From: Promethearchaeota archaeon
GTDB taxonomy: Archaea; Asgardarchaeota; Thorarchaeia; Thorarchaeales; Thorarchaeaceae
Assembly: GCA_048939765.1 (NCBI GenBank)
Contig: JBHLPF010000029.1
Span: 1 to 47,747, forward strand
Direction: 5' to 3'
Length of the DNA stretch: 47,747 nucleotides
Shown here piece after piece: positions 28,442 through 37,092 of this stretch; position 1 is the stretch's first letter, and the number at the start of each line of letters is the position of its first letter. The notes below the pieces were generated by a model. It saw only the letters and a list, made by a program, of their open reading frames with translations. It ran no database searches and was not told the DNA's origin. A program made the position numbers and the translations under genes.

Positions 28442-29005
28442 ATACGTAAAGACGACAAAGGCCGCATACATCTCAAGTTGGTCTTCTACGGACCATCACT
28501 CGGAGGCAAAACAACTGCACTTCGTTGGCTCTACGGAAAAGTTGAAGGTCTCCAGAAGGGAGAGTTCACTGCAATCGAGGATGAAACCAACCGCACTCTG
28601 TTCTTTGACTATGTCCCAATGAGTGCAGGAGGTCGAGTGCTCTTCGATGTGTTCACAGTCGCTGGTCAGAAGCGTCATAGGCACCAGAGAAAAGTAGTGC
28701 TCCAGGGCACTGATGGCATACTGTTTGTTGCTGACTCATCCCCAGATCAGAGGGATGAGAACACAGAGAGCTTCGAAGAACTCAAGCTCTTCCTAGGAGA
28801 TGCTCTGGGCCGTGAGATACCCATAGTGGTCATGCTAAACAAGCGAGATTTACCGAATAGAATGTCGCGTGATGAGATGCTAGACCTTCTCGGTCTTGGG
28901 GGCAATGTTCCAATCTATGAAACGATTGCTGTACAAGGCGTAGGAGTTAAGAGGGCGTTTCAGGCAATAGCGAGGGAAGTCATCCTCAAAAGAATGTACA
29001 AATGA
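28442..29005 (+). CDS. mglA: MglA-family small GTPase (start uncertain, probably ATA 28442)
   Basis: G1 YGPSLGGKTT, RTLFFD, G3 TVAGQ, G.DG..FVADS, G4 NKRD and G5 A..G.GV. Confidence 0.88.
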   Translation: MRKDDKGRIHLKLVFYGPSLGGKTTALRWLYGKVEGLQKGEFTAIEDETNRTLFFDYVPMSAGGRVLFDVFTVAGQKRHRHQRKVVLQGTDGILFVADSSPDQRDENTESFEELKLFLGDALGREIPIVVMLNKRDLPNRMSRDEMLDLLGLGGNVPIYETIAVQGVGVKRAFQAIAREVILKRMYK

Positions 29006-29022
29006 TTGACTAGGTGAGGCGA

Positions 29023-29394
29023 ATGTCAGAGACCCGCGGAGACACTTTGGAAGGCGTTCTTAATGAACTTCAGGGCAGCATACCTGAGATTGAGGCGTGC
29101 GCAATAGTCAGCGTAGAAGGGCTTCCGATTGTGTCAGCTCTGCCCACAGATGTTGATGAGGCAAAGGTAGCTGCTATGACTGCAGCAATGCTTACTCTTG
29201 GAGAAAAGGCTGCAATCGAACTTGGGAAGGGCAATCTGGAGCAGGTCAACATCAAGGGTATAGACGGCTGGCTACTTGTTATTCAGGCCGGAATGAACGC
29301 ATGCCTTACGGTGTCTACCACCGCCAGTGCCAAGCTAGGAATGGTCTTTCTGGAGATGAAACGAGCAGCTGAGAAAGTCTCGGGGATGATCTAG
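29023..29394 (+). CDS. Roadblock/LC7 (MglB-like) protein
   Basis: Motifs AIVSVEGLPI.S, VAAM.AAML.LG, EL.KG.LEQV and KLGMV. Confidence 0.9.
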   Translation: MSETRGDTLEGVLNELQGSIPEIEACAIVSVEGLPIVSALPTDVDEAKVAAMTAAMLTLGEKAAIELGKGNLEQVNIKGIDGWLLVIQAGMNACLTVSTTASAKLGMVFLEMKRAAEKVSGMI

Positions 29395-29474
29395 TCATAG
29401 TACACAATCTATCTGAACATCAAGCCTTTTAGGGGCTGCAAATAGATTCAGAGTGAGATAGGACGTGCAATTGA

Positions 29475-30242
29475 GTGAACCTAACAGGCCCCGTGTATCG
29501 ACTCTATGAATATTTTCTACATAGGCAGTTGCACAAAGAAAAGGCGCCTCGCCATGTTGGAATTATTCTAGACGGAAATCGCCGCTATGCACGTCAACAT
29601 GGACTTGAAGTCCCTTGGTTTGGGCACCAGAAAGGCGCTCAGAAGGTCATGGAGGTCTTGAGAATCCTCTGGGAAGCCGGAGTCAAGGTCTGCACTCTCT
29701 ATGCCTTTTCAATAGAAAACTTCCAGCGAAGTCAGCATGAAGTCGATGAGATAATGGCCATTGCCAAAGACAAGTTCAGTGAGGTTGTGGGCAATCCGGA
29801 TGTCCACAAGCATAGGGTTCGTATCCAAGCCATCGGAAGGGTAGACCTGTTGCCAGATGAGGTCCAACTGGCCATAGCACAGGCCGAAGAGGAAACTCAG
29901 GCCTACAATGATCACATTCTGAATGTCGCCATTGGCTATTCAGGTAGAGCAGAGCTTGTGGATGCGGTACAGGCGATTGGAGAGAAGATTAAGTCAGGCA
30001 GTCTAGACCCCTCCAAAGTCGATGAGGAATTAATTGAGAAGCACCTCTATACCAACGGCGTCCCTGATCCCGACCTGATAATCAGAACATCTGGCGAAGA
30101 ACGCCTCTCAGGCTTCCTTCTTTGGCAATCTGCATATTCAGAGCTATACTTCGCGCAGATGTACTGGCCTGCAGTAAGACGGATTGACATCTGGAGAGCA
30201 CTCCGATCATACGAAAGACGGGCTCGCCGTTTTGGCTCATGA
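29475..30242 (+). CDS. uppS: cis-Prenyltransferase (polyprenyl diphosphate synthase)
   Basis: Motifs HVGIILDGNRRYA, YAFSIENF.R, YSGR.E, PDLIIRTSGE.RLSGFLLWQ and RRFG. Confidence 0.96.
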   Translation: MNLTGPVYRLYEYFLHRQLHKEKAPRHVGIILDGNRRYARQHGLEVPWFGHQKGAQKVMEVLRILWEAGVKVCTLYAFSIENFQRSQHEVDEIMAIAKDKFSEVVGNPDVHKHRVRIQAIGRVDLLPDEVQLAIAQAEEETQAYNDHILNVAIGYSGRAELVDAVQAIGEKIKSGSLDPSKVDEELIEKHLYTNGVPDPDLIIRTSGEERLSGFLLWQSAYSELYFAQMYWPAVRRIDIWRALRSYERRARRFGS

Positions 30243-30248
30243 GCTATC

Positions 30249-30288
30249 CTCCCACCATCTCAAGACAGCTCCCACCATCTCAAGACAG
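30249..30288. repeat. Perfect 20-bp tandem duplication
   Basis: CTCCCACCATCTCAAGACAG at 30249-30268 and 30269-30288. Confidence 0.95.
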
Positions 30289-30335
30289 GCTTGGTGACAC
30301 AGCGCTTTATATTGCTCCGACGACTCTTCGTTTGA

Positions 30336-31550
30336 ATGGAGGAGACTATATCCTTGGCACGCAAGCCAATTGATGTCTACCAAGGTCTGATTACGACAAA
30401 GCTATCGGTAGATAGTGTCTCACAGATCGATTCTCTAATCGGACGTTATGAGGACCAAATGTTAGCCGGTCACAAGCTCTCCTTTCACCTCAAAAAATTC
30501 ATAGAATTCTGGACTAGACACTGCGCATTTCTTGATAACCGTGAAACAACAACCATGTCAGATCTAACCATAGCCATAGATCTGTTAGATTACTTTACCT
30601 CAACCTCAAAATGGTGGACAATGACACGAGAGGATCCCGGACTCATCTTGAAACTTCCATCACGTGACCCCCGTGAATTCATCAAATCGATTCCTCTGGT
30701 TCAGATGGGGGCTGAAACTCTCGGTCGTGTTACTGGTGCAAGGGATCGACTCGTTCGTTTCCTAGAGGAACATGAATTGGGTGACGATAGAACTCGTGCC
30801 ACACTGGCTGAGCATCTAGTATCGATCTGGCTGCTCCTTTGTGGTTTTTCCTGCAAAGGACAAGGACGGAACATCACCACGGAAGAAGATTTTGAAACCG
30901 CATATGATATTGTTCGGATTCTGCTCTTCTACATGTCCCTAAACGATTTCAAGGCACTCACCGCAGTGCGTCAGATTGCCACTGATCCTAATCTTCCCAA
31001 AATTGCGGTGATTGGTTTCTCTCCCGGGTTTGAACGAAGACTAGACTCTTCGCTTGCCGCGAGCCTGGAGCATGTGCATGGTGAATTTCTGACAAATCTG
31101 GCCTCTTCGACTCCCGGTGCATCAAGAAACATCCTCACCAACTCTTTGCGCATCCTAGGGCAGCTACAAGCTATGAAACTTGAGATGACAAGGATTGAGA
31201 AAGAGGACTATGACTCGATTATTGTCGGGGCCATGGGCCTCCTTGAAAGGCTTGATGTGCCTGCGACGCTGCTCCAGAACGAAGATGAAGTTGTAGCACT
31301 GTTCAAGAGTCTACAACCCGGTGAAGGTGTTGAAGAGAAGCTATCTTTTCTAACAAAGAGAATAGAGGGATTGCTGGTAGACTCAGCTGGCAACAGAGAC
31401 TACGTGCTTCAATATTCGAGAATGGTTCCTCGAATTATAGCTCTCCTACTACTGGTCGCTGCGGCAACCAAAACGGAGCCGACAGCGCCTCTTCAAGACC
31501 AAGATTTGAAGAGAGGTCTCATTCTGCTCAACAGACTGTTCAGTGACTAG
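30336..31550 (+). CDS. Hypothetical helical protein with four AAA+-lid-like repeats
   Basis: 404 aa; CTTTATAT TATA-like box upstream; repeats described in findings. Confidence 0.75.
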   Translation: MEETISLARKPIDVYQGLITTKLSVDSVSQIDSLIGRYEDQMLAGHKLSFHLKKFIEFWTRHCAFLDNRETTTMSDLTIAIDLLDYFTSTSKWWTMTREDPGLILKLPSRDPREFIKSIPLVQMGAETLGRVTGARDRLVRFLEEHELGDDRTRATLAEHLVSIWLLLCGFSCKGQGRNITTEEDFETAYDIVRILLFYMSLNDFKALTAVRQIATDPNLPKIAVIGFSPGFERRLDSSLAASLEHVHGEFLTNLASSTPGASRNILTNSLRILGQLQAMKLEMTRIEKEDYDSIIVGAMGLLERLDVPATLLQNEDEVVALFKSLQPGEGVEEKLSFLTKRIEGLLVDSAGNRDYVLQYSRMVPRIIALLLLVAAATKTEPTAPLQDQDLKRGLILLNRLFSD

Positions 31551-32286
31551 TAGACTTTTCCTTACTGGGGTCATCGATGAGGATACGGGCATCCACAACA
31601 AGTGCACCTTTTCCTTTTTCATAAACAAAGGTCGGATTGCAGTCAAGTTCATTGATTTCTTGGTTCTCGTCTATCATCTTTGAAACCCCCATGATAACTT
31701 CGACCAAGGCATCTATATCTCTAGGCGCTTGTCCTCTGATACCCTCTAGTATCTTGGCGGCTTTAATCTCTGATATCATTTCTCGGGCGTCAATTTCTTT
31801 GAGAGGAATGAGTCGAAATGTGACATCCTTAAGGACCTCGACAAAGATTCCTCCAAGACCAAACATGATGGCATGACCGAATTGCGAGTCGCGTGTGACC
31901 CCTACAATGACTTCTGTCCCCATATCTGCGAAGTCTGAGATGAACACTCCTCTACTGAGATCAACCTGTATTCCCTTTTCTTTACCGAAACTCTTGACAT
32001 TCTCCATTATTTCTTCGAATGCTTGACGGACCTCTTCCTCGTTCTTCAGATTGATTTTGACACCGCCTGCATCTGACTTGTGGAGGATGTCCTTAGACAG
32101 TATCTTCAAAACAACCGGAAAGCCGATCTTCTTTGACTTCTCCACTGCTTCGTCAGCCGTAGCAGCTGTGTCATAGGCAGGGATTGGAATCCCATATTCC
32201 TTCATTATGTCCTTGGCCTCATTCTCAAGAACAAAGGTCCTTCCCTCATCTAGAGCCGTTTTGAATATCTTCTTGGCTGCTTTCAT
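31540..32286 (-). CDS. acdB: ADP-forming acyl-CoA synthetase beta subunit (ATP-grasp)
   Basis: Motifs GFPVVLKI.S.DI.HKSDAGGV, FG..IMFGLGGIFVEVLKD, ELDCNP and VDAR. Confidence 0.92.
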   Translation of the reverse strand: MKAAKKIFKTALDEGRTFVLENEAKDIMKEYGIPIPAYDTAATADEAVEKSKKIGFPVVLKILSKDILHKSDAGGVKINLKNEEEVRQAFEEIMENVKSFGKEKGIQVDLSRGVFISDFADMGTEVIVGVTRDSQFGHAIMFGLGGIFVEVLKDVTFRLIPLKEIDAREMISEIKAAKILEGIRGQAPRDIDALVEVIMGVSKMIDENQEINELDCNPTFVYEKGKGALVVDARILIDDPSKEKSTSH

Positions 32287-32432
32287 CCTTTTTCAGACCT
32301 CTCTGCATTTGCTGCCATGTCGGTCTTATTTATCATTTGAGGCAGGAGCTGTCTTTTTGAACTTGCCTCCCACATGGTTCCATAACACAATTCTAATAGC
32401 AGCACGCCATGACCAGACTGTGAGGCACGAAC

Positions 32433-33440
32433 TTGGGATTTGACATACTAGCTGATGGTCAGGCTATCATGGATTCGTCAGGTGCTGATTTTGAAAATCA
32501 AATGAGAGGGGCTTATGAGAGTCGACTTGAAGTATTTGGACCCGATTTAGTGTGCTACAGTCCCACTGCGTATCCCTACAAGATAGATGAACATCAACAG
32601 GTCAGCCGGCACAATTTCATCTCTATTAGTGTCACAGGGACATCCTGTTCTCTTCAGTGTGATCATTGTCAAGGCCGTCTTCTCAAGGGAATGGAGCCTG
32701 CAATGACTCCTGACCAACTCGTTCAGGTATGCAAGGAGGTCAGAATGCGCGGAGCAGAGGGAGTATTGATCAGTGGGGGATCTGATTCAAAGGGCCATGT
32801 TCCGCTCTCTCAGTTTGGAGAGGCAATAAAGACAGCCACCTTGGAACTAGGTCTGAAGGTCGTTGTCCATACCGGTCTTGTCGATGACAAGACCGTTCAA
32901 TTGTTGAAGGAAGCATCAATAGATGCTGCAATGCTGGACATAATCGGAAGCAAAGAGGTCTCAGAGAGAGTCTATCACTTGGAAAATGGCCCCGAGCTCA
33001 TGGAACAATCGCTCGAACTGCTGCACGCAGCAGGCATTCCCACTGTTCCACATGTCTTAGTAGGCCTCGATCATGGTTCGCTTGGAGGCGAGATGGAGGC
33101 TCTAGACATGATATCTAGCACTGACCCAGCCGGAGTGGTGATTATCGCCCTGAGCCCATTGCGGAAGACTCCAATGGCTTCTGCTGCACCACCTTCTGCA
33201 GAATCAATAGGCAAGGTTCTTACTGTCGCTCGCCTGGCGATGAAAGAAACCCCAGTCTTGCTCGGATGTGCAAGACCAATAGGACAACACAAGATAGACA
33301 CAGACAGGTATGCGCTTCAAAGCGGAGTCAACGGCATCGCTTACATTAGCCAAGAAGGTGTCGACTACGCGAAGTCACTCGGTCTAAAGCCGGTGTTTAG
33401 GGATGTATGTTGCAGTCTTGCATATGACATGATTAAGTAG
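32433..33440 (+). CDS. Radical SAM protein, archaeal lipoyl synthase LipS1-like
   Basis: CSLQCDHC, LISGG, HTG, PHV.VGL, LGCARP and C-terminal CC. Confidence 0.75.
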   Translation: MGFDILADGQAIMDSSGADFENQMRGAYESRLEVFGPDLVCYSPTAYPYKIDEHQQVSRHNFISISVTGTSCSLQCDHCQGRLLKGMEPAMTPDQLVQVCKEVRMRGAEGVLISGGSDSKGHVPLSQFGEAIKTATLELGLKVVVHTGLVDDKTVQLLKEASIDAAMLDIIGSKEVSERVYHLENGPELMEQSLELLHAAGIPTVPHVLVGLDHGSLGGEMEALDMISSTDPAGVVIIALSPLRKTPMASAAPPSAESIGKVLTVARLAMKETPVLLGCARPIGQHKIDTDRYALQSGVNGIAYISQEGVDYAKSLGLKPVFRDVCCSLAYDMIK

Positions 33441-33978
33441 TTCCTCTGCTGACACCAAATCCCGCAAGCTCATAGCCTAGGTCAAACAACCAGAGACCCA
33501 CAGCCGCGGCAAAGAAATCTGGCCAGATGAATGAAAGCAGGATTACAGCTACCTTCAGAGTGAATCTGTAATAGAAGAAGTATGATATCCATTGTCTTTC
33601 ACCACTGTCCGCCCAGTCATTCCCGCGTTCATCTACTATCGCTGCTAGAAGTAAGATGATCAGGAGAGCAAACAGCGCAGCTCCGTTAGATATTGCAGGG
33701 ATACCACCCAGCAAGAGCAATGCACCTATCATGATGAAACCAACTAGATACTGGGGCTTGTTTACCTTCCCAGACAAGAGAACTCCAAGGACGATTGCGC
33801 TCAGAAGAACCAGATCCCATTCAGACAGCGTCATGATTTGTCCAAATAGCACTCCTGAAACCGCTAGGGGCACAACTGCCGCATTTGGTCGATTCAGTTC
33901 ATCAAGAAGGTCATCACCTATCTTTAGAGTCAGCCCAGTCAGAAAATATGCAGCATAGTACAGAAGCCACTCCGTCAC
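33433..33978 (-). CDS. Hypothetical multi-TM membrane protein
   Basis: Hydrophobic ORF with K..DD..DE and DE.GND motifs. Confidence 0.75.
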   Translation of the reverse strand: MTEWLLYYAAYFLTGLTLKIGDDLLDELNRPNAAVVPLAVSGVLFGQIMTLSEWDLVLLSAIVLGVLLSGKVNKPQYLVGFIMIGALLLLGGIPAISNGAALFALLIILLLAAIVDERGNDWADSGERQWISYFFYYRFTLKVAVILLSFIWPDFFAAAVGLWLFDLGYELAGFGVSRGTT

Positions 33979-34133
33979 TAGGTTCGCCGTCCAGGAATTC
34001 GCTGTGGTTTAGAATAGTGGCTCCTCAGTCTAACTATGACTCGTCGCTGGGCATCTCTGCCCTCAGATAGCCAATCGCATCATCGGAGCCTCATTTGCAT
34101 TCGATGATTGGTTGATAAAAGTTGGTACGTGTT

Positions 34134-34418
34134 CTACTGAAGAACTACTGGGGTTCCTACAGCCTGTCCAGGGAGGTTTGTACGGAATTTAGCACGAACA
34201 ACGCCGCTATTGCCATGAGGTCCCAAGACCTTCCCCAAGAAATCCCTTCCCGTTTCTGAAGTCCATTTCACATTCCGACCCGCAAGTGCAGCGGCCTCGG
34301 CACGAGTCTTAATGGAGTCGAATAACAACAGCACCTGATTGGGATGTTGAAGGTGCTTGCCTCGTCTGTAGCTTGTGACTACACCATGTAGGCCCTTCTT
34401 GACTTCTTTCTTGGACAA
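34134..34418 (-). CDS. rpl35ae: 50S ribosomal protein L35Ae
   Basis: Motifs SYRRG, HGNSGVVRAKF and NLPGQA; TTG start at 34418 after GGAGG. Confidence 0.95.
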   Translation of the reverse strand: MSKKEVKKGLHGVVTSYRRGKHLQHPNQVLLLFDSIKTRAEAAALAGRNVKWTSETGRDFLGKVLGPHGNSGVVRAKFRTNLPGQAVGTPVVLQ

Positions 34419-34494
34419 TTGAAGTTCCTCCTGAGGAGTTCTCGTTGACGCCCTGGAGATGGAATATAAGAGTTGCGTCATGGGAACAGCTAAA

Positions 34495-35127
34495 TCACAT
34501 TATCCCAGGCCCCTTATCTGAATCTGGTTTTCTGTCAATCTCGGACATCTGTGAATCGATGCGTTCAGCTATGGCTTTGCTCTTTTCCATTAGAACATCA
34601 CGAACCGACCAGCCAGTAACATTCTGTTGTTGAGCGATCTTGAATAGTGCAAACCAGATTTGACCATCTGCATATGCCCCTGCCTGATACAGCTCTTCAA
34701 CCATCTGTCTTATCGTACCAATCTTGTCATCCGAGTCCTCAATCCTCTTGTGAATGACCTTCTCCTTCTTCAGGACATCTCTGACACGCATAATCATCTG
34801 AACCGAGCTGAGAGCAGACAACACAACAACAAAGAGTGTAATGGCCAACAAATCAACGATCAATTGAAAGCCCCCTCTCGGGTAGAGAATTATCACTATT
34901 GACCCAACTAGGATTATTTCAAAGACAATTCCCTCAATAATGGTGTTGAGAAGTCCCTTGACTCTCCAAGCGTAATATCTGGCGAGTGATGATGTCGGCT
35001 TACGGAAGTTCATGATGGAGTTTAGATATGCATTCCTTCCCCCTCGCACGAGATAGATGAGAATCGCCTGCAAGAATAGAGCATTTACTACAATGGTGAA
35101 TGAATAGAGGCTGACAAGGTTCTGCAT
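34495..35127 (-). CDS. Hypothetical 3-TM membrane protein with cytosolic C-terminus
   Basis: 210-aa ORF; TTTTAAAC on the minus strand about 25 nt upstream suggests a leaderless transcript. Confidence 0.75.
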   Translation of the reverse strand: MQNLVSLYSFTIVVNALFLQAILIYLVRGGRNAYLNSIMNFRKPTSSLARYYAWRVKGLLNTIIEGIVFEIILVGSIVIILYPRGGFQLIVDLLAITLFVVVLSALSSVQMIMRVRDVLKKEKVIHKRIEDSDDKIGTIRQMVEELYQAGAYADGQIWFALFKIAQQQNVTGWSVRDVLMEKSKAIAERIDSQMSEIDRKPDSDKGPGIM

Positions 35128-35389
35128 AGCTACACATATTCGTGCCGTTGTTTAAAAGCTATTGAAATGCGCTTGACAAATTACTTTCGGCTCTCTCTCC
35201 AGACCTGACACGTACCCGGAAGCGCATGCCTCCCTGCAGAAAGGGCTAACCCTATTCTACACTGTATAAGTCATACTCGATTCGTTTTGGGTATACGCGG
35301 GTCCGGGTGTGGCCCTCCCGGAATACGACCTGGGCTCGCGTCTTATTATTCATCTTACGAATGACTTATCTCAGGTCCTAAGGCTCTCG

Positions 35390-36322
35390 ATGTCTGTGCC
35401 CGAGATGAAACCCGTACGTCACATAGACCCCGCAGATGACACAACTCTACGTAGCATTCTAGAATCCATGAGAGATGTAGGCGTCCTTGGAGCTGGGCGG
35501 CTTGGAAGAGCCGCGTCAATTGTTGCGCGTATGTTCAAGGAATCGGACTGTTTCAAGTTCCTATCACTCTCTGGCCCAATGGTTCCCGGTGGTCTACGGG
35601 GAATAATCTGCCATCTAGTAAAAGGTGGACATATCGACGCCATAGTCACAAGCGGCGCGAACATAGTCCATGACCTTGTTGAGGCCTACGGCGGAGCACA
35701 TTATCACGTTCCGCCTCAAAAGGATGACCATGAACTAAGAGAGGCAGGGATGGGCAGGATTGCCGATCTCTACGTTGAGGAGAAGGATTTTGAGGTCTTC
35801 GAGAAAGGAATCTACAACTTCTTGGATTCACTTCCTGAGGAGAAAATGACAAGTCTTGCTCCAAGTGAGTTCATATCGGAATTGGGACACACTCTGACAG
35901 ATGACGCATCGATAGTGCGACAGGCCGCTCAACACAATGTTCCAATCTTTTCTCCTGGACTGATGGACTCGATGCTCGGCTTTCATATGTATACGTACAG
36001 TACCACAAAGACATTTGCTCTGGACTTTGTGAAAGACTTACGAATTCTAGGAGAGATTGTGACCAACGCCAAGAAGACGGGTGCAATTATGCTGGGCGGG
36101 GGTCTTACAAAGCACTTCACCATGGGCTCTACAATATTGCGGGGTGGCCTCGATATGGCTGTCCAAATCACGCTCGACCGTCCCGAAGGCGGTAGTCTTG
36201 GAGGCGCCCCTCTGGTCGAAGGGATATCATGGCAAAAGGTTCAGACTGAAGCCCGATTTGAAACAGTCATTGGCGATGCAACAATCATCTTTCCAATCCT
36301 AATTCTAGGTGTACTCGGATAG
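35390..36322 (+). CDS. dys: Deoxyhypusine synthase
   Basis: Motifs SGPMVPGG, TSGAN..HD, GRIAD, LGGG..KH, GGSLGGA and E.ISW.K (active-site Lys), DATI. Confidence 0.93.
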   Translation: MSVPEMKPVRHIDPADDTTLRSILESMRDVGVLGAGRLGRAASIVARMFKESDCFKFLSLSGPMVPGGLRGIICHLVKGGHIDAIVTSGANIVHDLVEAYGGAHYHVPPQKDDHELREAGMGRIADLYVEEKDFEVFEKGIYNFLDSLPEEKMTSLAPSEFISELGHTLTDDASIVRQAAQHNVPIFSPGLMDSMLGFHMYTYSTTKTFALDFVKDLRILGEIVTNAKKTGAIMLGGGLTKHFTMGSTILRGGLDMAVQITLDRPEGGSLGGAPLVEGISWQKVQTEARFETVIGDATIIFPILILGVLG

Positions 36323-36331
36323 TCTTTGGCT

Positions 36332-36553
36332 TTAATAGTCCGATGAACGTGCCATTGCAATAAGTCCAATCAGCATGATTAATGCGCCTATGTACAGATG
36401 CTGTAGATGAAACCCACCTATGATAATGGGGGGAAAATCCGGCATCCAGTGCAGCCACCCTGTGCCTGGTACAAAGTCATGGAGGTCATCTACAAAGATG
36501 GCCAGTCCAATTACAAAGAGTATCGCTCCAGGAATCTTCGAAATCTCTTTCAC
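36332..36553 (-). CDS. Small 2-TM membrane protein
   Basis: GTG after GGAGGAG; DD.HD and H..HLYIG motifs between TM helices. Confidence 0.65.
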   Translation of the reverse strand: MKEISKIPGAILFVIGLAIFVDDLHDFVPGTGWLHWMPDFPPIIIGGFHLQHLYIGALIMLIGLIAMARSSDY

Positions 36554-36675
36554 TCTCCTCCGTCAATTTATGACGGGACTAGGCTTCTGTATGCAGCAGT
36601 TGGATATCAACTATTGCACGCCTTGGAGAAGATTTATCTCGATATACAGTTAACAAATGTTAAGACAATACGGAG

Positions 36676-37092
36676 ATGAATCTAATGACGGACAAATACC
36701 CAATCCCATACAGTAAGGAATCAGTCTATTTCCAGTACGACGTCAAGGACTTCAATCGAGCCAGGAAATTCTATGAAGAGATTCTAGGCTTCGAGAAGAC
36801 CTGGGACGGCGGTGAAGAGGTTGGTTGGATGGAGTTTGCTTTGCCAATCACTGGTGCACGACTGGGTCTGAACTATAAGCCAGAGGGAGAGATTGCACGA
36901 GGATCAGGGACCCTCACACTTGTAGTAGATGACCTTGTGGTCACAAAGGAGTATCTGAAGAGTAAGGGCATTGACTCAGACGAAATTGTGGATATACCCG
37001 ATATGGTCTCTTACTTCAACCTCGAGGATTCTGAGAGCAACCTCATTCAAGTCGTTTCTGATCCCCGTGTAAAATCCGAGGAAGAGAAATGA
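36676..37092 (+). CDS. VOC (glyoxalase/bleomycin resistance) family protein
   Basis: V.D..RA.KFY..ILGF; V.DL; F...D.E.N.IQ. Confidence 0.9.
   Translation: MNLMTDKYPIPYSKESVYFQYDVKDFNRARKFYEEILGFEKTWDGGEEVGWMEFALPITGARLGLNYKPEGEIARGSGTLTLVVDDLVVTKEYLKSKGIDSDEIVDIPDMVSYFNLEDSESNLIQVVSDPRVKSEEEK

Noticed and set aside
30249-30288. Possible mini-CRISPR
   Set aside because: Only two adjacent 20-bp copies, no spacer and no cas genes.
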